Positions 1 through 11,344 of a stretch of DNA of 64,000 nt are shown piece by piece. Location of the stretch: NCBI GenBank assembly GCA_950097015.1, contig CATNEN010000041.1, positions 1,364,001-1,428,000 of the forward strand, in the 5' to 3' direction. Under the pieces are notes generated by a model. That model made no database searches. It was given only the letters and a program-made list of their open reading frames with translations, and was not told where the DNA came from. The DNA is from Macrostomum hystrix. Taxonomy: Eukaryota; Animalia; Platyhelminthes. Position numbers and translations under genes: made by a program. Positions within the stretch are counted from its first letter, which is position 1. Each line of letters begins with the position of its first letter.

Positions 1-2885
1 GGCGTCTGATGACTCGTCGGATCACTCGTCGCCTCCTCACGATGTGTCTGCGTGGCACGATGCGTCGGATGATGCGTCGGCGGCGGATGACTCGTCGGAG
101 TCCGATGACTCGTCGGATCACTCGTCGCCTCCTCACGATGCGTCTTCTTCGCACAATGCGTCGGATGATGCGTCGTCGGCGGATGACTCGTCGGAGTCCG
201 ATGACTCGTCGGATCACTCGTCGCCTCCTCACGATGCGTCTTCTTCGCACAATGCGTCGGATGATGCGTCGTCGGTGGATGACTCGTCGGCGTCTGATGA
301 CTCGTCGGATCACTCGTCGTCTCCTCACGATGCGTCTTCTTCGCACAATGCGTCGGATGATGCGTCGTCGGCGGATGACTCGTCGGCGTCCGATGACTCG
401 TCGGATCACTCGTCGCCTCCTCACGATGCGTCTGACAATCCTTCTTCGCACAATTTTCCTTCTGAGCACCTTGCTTGCCACTAGGCGTCCAGCGATCTTT
501 CTGATAAATCTTCTCGTTCTCGGAATGAGTTTACGGATTACTCTGCGTCTAACAATCTTTCGTCTGACAACGCGGCGGACAATCTTTCGCTTTCTAACGA
601 CCAGACGCTTGATTCGTCTAATCTGGCGTTTTCGTCTAAAGACGCAGACGGAGATGCGTCGTCGGAGGTATCGGCGCCTAATAGAGTTCTTCACTATTCT
701 GCGCTTCAGGGTCACGCGTCGTCTCCTGAGTTTAAAGATTCTCGATGTGCAAATGGAAATGCGCCTGACAAGGCGGCGAATGCGGAATGTGGTTCGCCTA
801 ACGCGTCGCCTCACCCGCCTTACAACACGCCTCACAACTCTGCGGCGGACGACTTTGCGGCGAACGATTTTGCGGCGAACGACCCTGCGCCTGATGACTT
901 TTCGCTGGATTCTTAGCCTCCTCACGCGTCTAATCAAGCGGGTGCGGCGAACGCGAACGGCTGTAATTCTGCGCAACAGAATGCGTCGCCTCACCCTAAG
1001 CTTCACAGCACGACGTTTCAGAACAATACGCCTCCTGAAAATTCTGCGGACTCGACGTCTAATAACAACATGCCTGCGAATAACCCGCCGAATCTTACGA
1101 TACACACGCCTGACTCGTCGGACGACTCGAGTTACCACACGGCGTACTACGCGACGTCGAACAACGCGTCTGATGATGCGTCGTCGGCGGATGACTCGTC
1201 GGACTCCGATGACTCGTCGGATCACTCTTCGCCTCCTCACGATGCGTCTGAGTGGCACGATGCGTCGGATGACTCGTCGGCGTCTGATGACTCGTCGGAT
1301 CACTCGTCGTCTCCTCACGATGCGTCTTCTTCGCACAATGCGTCGGATGATGCGTCGTCGGCGGATGACTCGTCGGAGTCCGATGACTCGTCGGATCACT
1401 CGTCGCCTCCTCACGATGCGTCTTCTTCGCACAATGCGTCGGATGATGCGTCGTCGGCGGATGACTCGTCGGCGTCTGATGACTCGTCGGATCACTCTTC
1501 GCCTTCTCACGATGCGTCTGCGTGGCACGATGCGTCGGATGACTCGTCGGCGTCTGATGACTCGTCGGATCACTCGTCGTCTCCTCACGATGCGTCTTCT
1601 TCGCACAATGCGTCGGATGATGCGTCGCCGGCGGATGACTCGTCGGCGTCTGATGACTCGTCGGATCACTCGTCGTCTCCTCACGATGCGTCTTCTTCGC
1701 ACAATGCGTCGGATGATGCGTCGTCGGCGGATGACTCGTCGGAGTCCGATGACTCGTCGGATCACTCGTCGCCTCCTCACGATGCGTCTTCTTCGCACAA
1801 TGCGTCGGATGATGCGTCGTCGGCGGATGACTCGTCGGAGTCCGATGACTCGTCGGATCACTCGTCGTCTCCTCACGATGCGTCTTCTTCGTACAATGCG
1901 TCGGATGATGCGTCGTCGGCGGATGACTCTTCGGCGTCTGATGACTCGTCGGATCACTCTTCGCCTTCTCACGATGCGTCTGCGTGGCACGATGCGTCGG
2001 ATGACTCGTCGGCGTCTGATGACTCGTCGGATCACTCGTCCTCTCCTCACGATGCGTCTTCTTCGCACAATGCGTCGGATGATGCGTCGTCGGCGGATGA
2101 CTCTTCGGCGTCTGATGACTCGTCGGATCACTCGTCGCCTCCTCACGATGTGTCTGCGTGGCACGATGCGTCGGATGACTCGTCGGCGTCTGATGACTCG
2201 TCGGACCACTCGTCGTCTCCTCACGATGCGTCTTCTTAGCACAAGGCGTCGGATGATGCGTCGTCGGCGGATGACTCGTCGGCGTCTGATGACTCGTCGG
2301 ATCACTCGTCGTCTTCTCATGATGCGTCTTCTTCGTACAATGCGTCGGATGATGCGTCGTCGGCGGATGACTCGTCGGAGTCCGATGACTCGTCGGATCA
2401 CTCGTCGCCTCCTCACGATGCGTCTTCTTCGCACAAGGCGTCGGATGATGCGTCGTCGGCGGAAGACTCGTCGGCGTCTGATGACTCGTCGGATCACTCG
2501 TCGCCTTCTCACGATACTTCTGCGTGGCACGATGCGTAGGATGACTCGTCGGCGTCTGATGACTCGTCGGATTACTCGTCGTCTCCTCACGATGCGTCTT
2601 CTTCGCACAAGGCGTCGGATGATGCGTCGCCGGCGGATGACTCTTCGGCGTCTGATGACTCGTCGGATCACTCGTCGCCTCCTCACGATGCGTCTTCTTC
2701 GCACAAGGCGTCGGATGATGCGTCGCCGGCGGATGACTCTTCGGCGTCTGATGACTCGTCGGATCACTCTTCGCCTTCTCACGATGCGTCTGCGTGGCAC
2801 GATGCGTCGGAAGACTCGTCGGCGTCTGATGACTCGTCGGATCACTCGTCGTCTCCTCACGACGCGTCTGCGTAGCACGATGCGT
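1..2885 (-). repeat. Coding tandem repeat, ~96-bp unit (32 aa, Arg/Ile/Val), interrupted by a unique Arg-rich block at ~430-1160
   Basis: Plus-strand unit is gatgactcgtcggagtccgatgactcgtcggatcactcgtcgcctcctcacgatgcgtcttcttcgcacaatgcgtcggatgatgcgtcgtcggcg. The codon-aligned plus frame contains TAG stops, whereas the minus frame stays open. Confidence 0.9.
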
Positions 2886-5556
2886 CGTAGGATACGTTGG
2901 ATTCTACGTTTGAATGTTCTTAGCTTTTTGTTTATTTTTTTTATAGTGCTACGTGAAGTTTTTCGGCGCCGCTTTGCGTTTTGAAGTAGTTTTCCGAGCC
3001 TTCTGCGTAGCGTTCTGCGATGTTTTTTTATTTCGAAGCGGGTAAAGCTTCTTTGCCTTGTGCGTAGCTGTTTTCTAGCATTCCTTCTGATTTTTCTGAG
3101 GAGTGTTTGAATTCTCTTTTTTAATACGTGACGTTTTGCAACTCCTCGGCAACATTTGTTTAGCTGTAGTTGTCTAACTTTTTGTCTGATTTTTCTGTTT
3201 ATTTGAAGTCTTATTCTTTTTCTTAATGAACGCCACTTTCTGTTAATTGTTCTCTTTAGTTTTCGCTCATATCGTTTTAATATCTTCTTTGTTTTTGTCC
3301 GAACAGCTCTGGACTTCAGGCGCCGAAGTCCATGTTGTAGCCTTTGGCACTTGCAGATCATATTGCCGCGAATGGTTACTTTGCTGCTTCTGCTATATCT
3401 AATGCGCCGTGTGATTGGCTTACGCGCTATCTTTGCTGCCTCTTTTGAGATGAGACCTTTTCGAAAGAAGGCTTTCTTGATGAGCCTGAGCCGATGTTTC
3501 GTCACTGGCTTCTTTTTGAGTTTTCGCATCACTCTTCGCTGATATCGTTTGTTTAACTTTGTCAGCCTTTTACCGAAGGCGCTCTGGACCTTGAAGATTC
3601 TCTTCTTGAAGCGCAAGACGCGCCGCTGAATCCTGGCCTTGTACCGCAGTCGCATCTGCTTGAGAAAATTTTGATAGAGTCGCTTCTTCTCGCGCAGCTT
3701 CTCATGGTAGAGCTTCAGCCTCATCAGAAGTAGCTTGGTCTCATACTTGGCCTTGTAGATTCGTTTGGCTGCCTCCATGATTTTGCGCTTATTGATTTCG
3801 CATTGCTGCGGAGACAGCTTCGTAGCTGAAAGTATTTTTACATGTACTTATTGGTCTCCGTGATTACGATTGGATATCGGTAGCTAAGTAAGATAGACTC
3901 CGATTGTGACGGCAATGCTTTTGAATAACTCTTACATGACAATGGTGAATGGAATGATATTGACAACTGAGATGAGCAAATGATATTTTTTCACTCTTCA
4001 TTGATTTTTGTAATTGCTGTCAGTGAACGAGAATGATGGCGATAATGATAGTTCATAGTGACAATTCAGCCTTGATGTGAGGACGAGGAGAGACCATGAC
4101 TCCCACGAAGGCTATGAAAAAAGAACATCTGAAAATTCAAAATGAGCACAGGTGTGGCCCGGATTATAAAAATTTGCTAATCGCAGATTGGGTTTACGTC
4201 GATAGAAACAGACAGCAGCAGCAGACTGATATATCCCAGTTAATTGCGCCCAATAGAGAAGTAAGCAAATATAGATACCTATACTCTGGATATCGGGATG
4301 CATAAATCTGGGAGAAAGTACAACAATAAGGAGCAAATTTTTAGTTTTTCTCGTGTCTTCTGTTTGCAGCTACGTAAAACGTAGCCACAGAATCACTGCA
4401 CCCCTATCACTGGCGCCCCAGGGACCTTTGAGGTAGTTCATGAACTCCAGGTTATCCGTCCGTCTTTCTTTATCGACGTATTCAGGATTTTGGGAAATTT
4501 AAAATGAAAACCTTCCTACGAAAGAACTGCCTCAGAAATGACATCTCTGGTTTACCGACCTTTTCAAGCCGTGAATTTATGAGCACATGCAGAATTCTTC
4601 CAGAAATTACACACGGCAACACGAAAATTGGTCATGAATGCGATCGGTAAGGAAAAATCAAGAAAAAAGAATTTCAAGATGGAGGTTGCGGTAAATTAGT
4701 TGGCAAAAAGTTGGCCAATGAGCGGAATGACTCACGCGCCCTGTAGCCGCTGTTGTAGACCCGGTTGCGCCATGCCCCGCCGCAGGTCAGGCCTGATTGG
4801 CCGCTGCACTTGGAGCTGCACTGCGAGTCCGGCGCCTTGCCGTAGCGGCCGTAGCTGTTGCCGCACCAGCACTCGCGCCCGGCCTGAGTGCCGGCATAGC
4901 GTAAACGCAGGCCGCGGCACAGTGCGGCGCAGGACTGCGGCGTGATGGAGCCAGAGCGCGCCAGCTTGGGCAGGTCGCGCGGCTTGAACTGGTCCTTATA
5001 GCAGCCGAGACTGGGCGGCGCGGCCGGGACTGCGGGTTTGACGGCGGCTTGATGTCAGATAACATTATTCACAGATTGATAACAGAGAGATTGATAGAAC
5101 CTGATCATCAGATCCTGATCAGACTTTCTTAGACCTGGTAAGCACTTTGGGTGACATTCTGAGGCCTGGTAAGCTCTTTGGGTGACATTCTGAGGCCTGG
5201 TAAGCTCTTTGGGTGACATTCATGAGCCTGATAAGCTCTTTGGGTGACATTCTGAGGCCTGGTAAGCACCTTGGGTGACATTCTGAGGCCTGGTAAGCTC
5301 TTGAGGTGAGATTCATGGGCCTGATAAGCTCTTGGGGTGAGATTCATGGGCCTGATAAACTCTCAACTTTTGATTCTTAGTGGCTGTTTTATAAAACTCT
5401 GGGTCGGTCTAGAATATTAGAATAGACTAGATTTCAGTAGGCAGGCTGAGGTCTTGAATGCGGCTTACCCGGTCCTCGGCGGCCCTGGATGCTGGCTCCC
5501 GTGGCGGACATTGCTGTCCAGCCGGCGAGAGCGACCAGCAGCAGCCAGATCCTCAT
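1..5556 (-). CDS. Secreted signal peptide-WSC domain-giant Arg/Ile/Val-rich repeat protein (gene A; 3' end lies beyond the window)
   Basis: Exons 5556-5469, 5047-4736 and 3825-<1, all joined in phase 1. Exon 1 is MRIWLLLVALAGWTAMSATGASIQGRRGP with donor GTAAGC. Exon 2 is a WSC domain (LGCYKD...CAALC...YAGTQAGRECWCGNSYGRYG...CSSKCSG...CGG.W.N.VY) with an AAG acceptor and GTGAGT donor. Exon 3 has acceptor TTTCAG and begins K/R-rich (TKLSPQQCEINKRKIMEAAKRIY...), followed by RRRRIIRRIVRRRRIVRRRRVIRRVI repeats. I found no stop in the unique segments or in the repeat blocks I read. At least ~1,400 codons. Confidence 0.85.
4736..5047 (-). CDS. WSC carbohydrate-binding domain exon of gene A
   Basis: 8-Cys WSC pattern GCY.D...C...C...Y.G.Q.G.ECWCG...C...C.G...CGG. 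The 312-nt exon is phase 1-1. Confidence 0.9.
5116..5355. repeat. Intronic minisatellite (~32-bp unit ctgaggcctggtaagctctttgggtgacatt) in gene A intron 1
   Basis: About 7 imperfect tandem copies are visible. Confidence 0.85.
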
Positions 5557-6139
5557 TGTGGTTCTGACAGCTGCTTCTGTTGCTTGTGAGATGCAAAGCT
5601 TGTTGGCCAAGTGATTGCTCAGCAAATTAGTTTCAAGATAGTCTTTTATCGCTACTGTTGGCGTTCCCTCCACTCACCGGTCAGGTTTGAGCAGAGAGTC
5701 GTCGGGAGTGAGCAGCGCCAGCCAGGAAGCAGCCACTTTTATCGGAACTGGGCCGGGGCGATACCCGCATTGTGGCCGAGCGGGCAGCAGCGGCGGTTTG
5801 CCAGCCACGCGCCACGCGGCTGATCTGCGAACCCCCGCCACCGGCCGCCAACCACCCGCGCCATCGCCATTCCTTAGTTAAAAAACCAGCTGGCCTGTGG
5901 ACACCGGAGCTTCTGCGAGTCCTCCCAACCCCCCCTGCTTTTGTCCCGCCTTGCGCTAGTCAAGAAGCAGCAGCGGCGGCGGCAGCAGCAGCGGCAGTGA
6001 GGCGGTACTGCTGCACTGAAGTCGCATTCTTCTCAGAGCTAAACGGAGACTAGGGCGCTTAACAGCCTTAACAGCCGAGTCCCCTCGCGCTTTCCGTTCT
6101 CCCTCCTGTCCGGAGACACCCGCGTCAAATTGCAAACTG

Positions 6140-6152
6140 TGCTGACTCAGCA
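6140..6152. promoter_or_regulatory. Perfect T-MARE palindrome TGCTGACTCAGCA upstream of gene A, overlapping a CAGGTG E-box
   Basis: Exact 13-bp Maf recognition element about 590 bp upstream of the gene A ATG. Function is untested. Confidence 0.35.
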
Positions 6153-6754
6153 GGTGGCCGTGGCGTCCGAATCGATGCTCGGCGTCACCCACCCAACTCC
6201 GCGCAGTCCGGCCCGAAAAATAGTTGTAGTTGGCGAATGAAAAAACTGCAAGTTAGTAAACTGGACACCCTCCACGATTTGCAGCTTGCTTCTGCTGCTG
6301 CTGCCGAGGGTAGGGAGGGGCTGTTTTTCAGAACATGCAGCGCTCCTGAATAACCCAGCCATCGAATTCAGCTGACGAAAGCTACTTCTGTTGCCAGAGA
6401 GGGGAGTAGTTTGGCTATGACAATTAATGCAGCCAGAAATCAATACGTTTTGAATACTCATTAAAAAACAAAGCGATCCTCAATAGGCCATGCCATACTG
6501 GCCATCCATTTGCAGATAAAGTGCGCGGAGTTATCGCACTGCTTCCGTCTCACTTTGAGCTGAGGATGAGCTGAGAGACCGAGATAATTCAAATCAGGTG
6601 ATGCCGCCTACTTGTGAGACAAGCCACGAAACTACGCGCGTCGCTAGCTAAAAGCTTTCCAAGAAACTGAAGCCATTTAACTTCATGACCATCCTGAGAA
6701 CTCATAAGATCATGATTTTTTTACCACAAACAAAAAATGATATGCGCGATAATG

Positions 6755-7270
6755 CTGACACCTGTATCACCAACTGCTGCTGACACACCTGTATCACCAA
6801 CTGCTGCTGACACACCTGTATCACCAACTGCTGCTGACACACCTGTATCACGTATCACCAACTTCTGCTGACACACCTGTATCACCAACTGCTGCTGACA
6901 CACCTGTATCACCAACTGCTGCTGACACACCTGTATCACCAACTGCTGCTGACACACCTGTGTCACCAACTGCTGCTGACACACCTGTATCACCAACTGC
7001 TGCTGACACACCTGTATCACCAACTGCTGCTGACACACCTGTATCACCAACTGCTGCTGACACACCTGTGTCACCAACTGCTGCTGACACACCTGTATCA
7101 CCAACTGCTGCTGACACACCTGTATCACCAACTGCTGCTGACACACCTGTATCACCAACTTCTGCTGACACACCTGTATCACCAACTGCTGCTGACACAC
7201 CTGTATCACCCAGCTCCTGTATCACCCAGCTCCTGTATCACCCAGCTCCTGTATCACCCAACTGCTGCTG
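6755..7270. repeat. 27-bp minisatellite (gacacacctgtatcaccaactgctgct), ~17 copies, intergenic
   Basis: Tandem copies explain the spurious QQQLVIQVC and DTGVSAAVG ORFs. Confidence 0.95.
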
Positions 7271-7763
7271 TTGCAATAGCTAGGTTCAACAGCAGGTATT
7301 TTCTGAACTGTGAAAGAAAAAAGACACAGACGAAGTACATTTTAAGGAAAATCTAATCTTAGAAGTACACTAAAGCCTACGTTTATTATCAGAATGAGCA
7401 GGCGGAGGTGCTTAAGCACTGACTAGCAAGCTAATGCGAGCCAACAACGGAAAGTAAAAAAAGAACATAAAATCGAATGCTATTAACAAAATTGATAAGA
7501 AAACAATTTTCTACTAATAAATAACTGCCTTTAATAAAATTAAAAGTACCAAGATGCAAAAATATGAAGGAAAGTATAGCAACGATGATTCTGAATAAGA
7601 CTAAATAATAAAATAAAATAAAACCGAACAGAAAGTTGGACAGAAATCTATCATATATTAAACAACAGCAAAGAGAATAAGCATTCTGTGAAGCTGTTCA
7701 GAATCTTCGGCATCAATACAGTCTTTAGTTAGAACTCTTTTCAGCTCTTGATGTCCAGTCATT

Positions 7764-10700
7764 TCAATAGGCGGCCGCGCTGCTCTGAAGCTGGCGCAGC
7801 TTCTCGATGAGCTGGGCCAGGGTGAGCATGGCCCGACCCAGGTGGAATAAAATGTCATTGAGCCAAGGTACAACGGCCTGGCCGTGGTACCGGCCGCTGA
7901 TGTCGTAGGACTTGGTGCGGGTGTTGTAGTGAAGAAAGTACACGGCCAGCACCAGACGGCGCCCGCTGACGTACATCGACAGGCTCATGTCGTTGGGCAC
8001 AGGCGGGTGGAACACCTCCTGGAGGACGGATCAATCGGGAATGACGTGGCAACGGTCATTCGGTCTGGCTTGCTAGTGACTTTATGCGGATATCATGAGC
8101 CAGCATTGAACAGATATCCATGAACACCTGTTAGACTGCCACCCAGAACACCTGTTAGACAGCCACCCAGAACACCTGTTAGACAGCGATCCAGAACACC
8201 TGTTAGACAGCCACCCAGAACACCTGTTAGACAGCCACCCAGAACACCTGTTAGACAGCCACCCAGAACACCTGTTAGATAGCGATCCAGAACACCTGTT
8301 AGATAGCCACCCAGAACACCTGTTAGATAGCCACCCAGAACACCTGTTAGACAGCCACCCAGAACACCTGTTAGATAGCGATCCAGAACACCTGTTAGAC
8401 AGCCACCCAGAACACCTGTTAGATAGCGATCCAGAACACCTGTTAGACAGCCACCCAGAACACCTGCTAGACAGCCACCCAGAACACCTGTTAGATAGCC
8501 ACCCAGAACACCTGTTAGATAGAGATCCAGAACACCTGTTAGACAGCCACCCAGAACACCTGTTAGATAGCCACCCAGAACACCTGCTAGACAGCCACCC
8601 AGAACACCTGCTAGACAGCCACCCAGAACACCTGTTTTACACCTTGTGTCGACTGTGCGCGAGTTCTTCAACCGATCGCTTCTGTGGCTGCACAACATGG
8701 TCCCTGGCCGACTTCAGGCAGGCGAAGATCCGATCCAGAGTCTGCAGTGCGGCGAGAGAGCGGGATGCTGGATCTGCACAAGCTCAGTGTGGACTGAAGG
8801 GCATCCGGGATGCTGGATCTGCACAAGCTCAGTGTGGACTGAAGGGCATCCGGGATGCTGGATCTGCACAAGCTTAGTGTGGACTGAAGGGCATCCGGGA
8901 TGCTGGATCTGCACAAGCTCAGTGTGGACTGAAGGGCATCCGGGATGCTGGATCTGCACAAGCTTAGTGTGGACTGAAGGGCATCCGGGATGCTGGATCT
9001 GCACAAGCTCAGTGTGGACTGAAGGGCATCCGGGATGCTGGATCTGCACAAGCTCAGTGTGGACTGAAGGGCATCCGGGATGCTGGATCTGCACAAGCTT
9101 AGTGTGGACTGAAGGGCATCCGGGATGCTGGATCTGCACAAGCTTAGTGTGGACTGAAGGGCATCCGGGATGCTGGATCTGCACAAGCTTAGTGTGGACT
9201 GAAGGCATCCGGGATGCTGGATCTGCACAAGCTTAGTGTGGACTGAAGGGCATCCGGGATGCTGGATCTGCACAAGCTTAGTGTGGACTGAAGGGCATCC
9301 GGGATGCTGGATCTGCACAAGCTTAGTGTGGACTGAAGGGCATCCGGGATGCTGGATCTGCACAAGCTTAGTGTGGACTGAAGGGCATCCGGGATGCTGG
9401 ATCTGCACAAGCTCAGTGTGGACTGAAGGGCATCCGGGATGCTGGATCTGCACAAGCTTAGTGTGGACTGAAGGGCATCCGGGATGCTGGATCTGCACAA
9501 GCTTAGTGTGGACTGAAGGGCATCCGGGATGCTGGATCTGCACAAGCTTAGTGTGGACTGAAGGGCATCCGGGATGCTGGATCTGCACAAGCTTAGTGTG
9601 GACTGAAGGGCATCCGGGATGCTGGATCTGCACAAGCTTAGTGTGGACTGAAGGGCATCCGGGATACTGGATCTGCACAAGCTCAGTGTGGACTGAAGGG
9701 CATCCGGGATGCTGGATCTGCACAAGCTTAGTGTGGACTGAAGGGCATCCGGGATGCTGGATCTGCACAAGCTTAGTGTGGACTGAAGGGCATCCGGGAT
9801 GCTGGATCTGCACAAGCTTAGTGTGGACTGAAGGGCATCCGGGATGCTGGATCTGCACAAGCTTAGTGTGGACTGAAGGGCATCCGGGATGCTGGATCTG
9901 CACAAGCTTAGTGTGGACTGAAGGGCATCCGGGATGCTGGATCTGCACAAGCTTAGTGTGGACTGAAGGGGGGTCGCGGATTCTCACCTCGAGCGTCCTG
10001 GTTGACTGCGAGTGGCAGCCGATCTCGCAGGCCTGTTGGATGCTGAACTTGGCTGCCTGTAGCGTGCTGCCGCAGCTGATCAGCTGTTTTCATTTGCGGG
10101 TTCTTTGTAGATAAACGTTTCGAAACAATTTTGCCTGAGTTCAAGGCCGAGTGCAAGAAGTCCGAACTGCTATAGTCTATCTAAATAGTCAGCTAATTTC
10201 ATTTTCATGCAATTTTTTCACTCAAACCATTCAATAGAACTTCTGTGCCTTTCAAATCGAGCCGCCATGAGCTCCTGGCAGAACTGGCACATTCCGGATT
10301 CAAAAACATGTCCAGCTATAAAATTTTTGTTTACAGGGCAACTAAGATCCCATAGAAATGGTTGTGTAAGCAAGTCACAAAAATGGCCAAACACAGAATA
10401 ACAACTCGCGCGCATTACGGGGCTGGCCATTGTGTGAGGGGCAAAGCTTGCTTCGCTTTTTAATTTCAGCTGCTCCTTTGCAATGCACTGGCAGTTGGGT
10501 TGGGGCAGTGGCTAAGAGATCACGCCATTTTGGGAGAAGTCACAGCATTGCTGCGTGAACTGAACGCGGGGAACTTTAAAAAAACTGCATTTTTCTTATG
10601 GTAACCACAACAGTCTATAAGAGTTCGAAATCTGACCTGGGATTCGAATGTTGTTGAGGATCTGGGATTCGAATGTTGTTGAGGATCTGGGACTTGACTG

Positions 10701-11344
10701 TCGTTGAGGATCTGGGATTCGAATGTTGTTGAGGATTTGGGATTCGAATGTTGTTGAGGATCTGGGATTCGACTGTTGTTGAGGATCTGGGATTCGAATG
10801 TTGTTGAGGATCTGGGATTCGACTGTTGTTGAGGATCTGGAATTCGACTGTCTTTGAGGATCTGGGATTCACCTAGTGTCAGTGTCAGTGCCCAGTGTCA
10901 CCTACCTGCTGCAGCTTGTAGGAACAGCCGTCACTAATGGAGCACCTGTAAAACTGTTTAAATGGACTCTCGACGCTGATGTCCTGTAAGGCAGAGAATG
11001 TATTTTGATGTATATTTATTAGCTTGATTCATTTTGCTCAATGGGTAACAGAAGCGTTTAGGGCTTCAGGAGAGTCAGGGCTAACTCACCGCCTCTGTGA
11101 TCTCATCACCACTTAGATTTACAACAGCTTTCAGGCTGCACTGTCTAAAATTGATTCGATTGATTCAAGTCACAATCACAGCTTAAAAATACGTAATGAA
11201 TATAAACAGTGCTCACTCATTTGGAGTAAACAAGAACTTGCTGGCTGGCTGGGCTAGCTTCTTTTCGCATTGGTCAACAATAACTAGCAGCTGCTGTAGG
11301 GTGGCAACATACTCCCGGTCTAGAAGCCATGATAGCTCATCCAT
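7764..11344 (-). CDS. ROGDI: ROGDI (Rabconnectin-3/RAVE-associated leucine-zipper protein) homolog, ~236 aa from the first visible ATG
   Basis: Exons 11344-11217, 11144-11090, 10983-10906, 10083-9988, 8741-8643 and 8018-7764 total 711 nt with consistent phases. Recognised motifs: ELSWLLDREYVATLQQL, LKAVVNLSGDEITEADI, YKLQQL, VFHPPVPNDM...YV...RLVLAVYFLH and VVPWLNDIL. A short upstream exon may exist. AATAAA lies at 7387-7382. Confidence 0.88.
8122..8637. repeat. 24-bp intronic minisatellite (gaacacctgttagacagccaccca), ~21 copies
   Basis: Fills the last ROGDI intron. Confidence 0.95.
8761..9970. repeat. 45-bp intronic minisatellite (gggcatccgggatgctggatctgcacaagcttagtgtggactgaa), ~27 copies
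   Basis: Near-identical copies in a ROGDI intron. Source of the spurious WTEGHPGCWICTSLV ORFs. Confidence 0.97.
10635..10870. repeat. 25-bp intronic minisatellite (gaggatctgggattcgaatgttgtt), ~9 copies
   Basis: Tandem copies in a ROGDI intron. Confidence 0.9.

Noticed and set aside
9-2984. 991-aa plus-strand R/M/T ORF and the Ser/Asp-rich ORFs 44-484 and 1070-2239
   Set aside because: They are antisense shadows of the gene A repeat. Only the minus frame continues through the unique 2900-3825 region and splices to the WSC and signal exons.
8646-10114. Cys/Trp-rich WTEGHPGCWICTSLV ORFs and CRISPR-like regularity
   Set aside because: This is an intronic minisatellite of ROGDI. The units are contiguous with no unique spacers and there are no cas genes, so it is not a CRISPR array.
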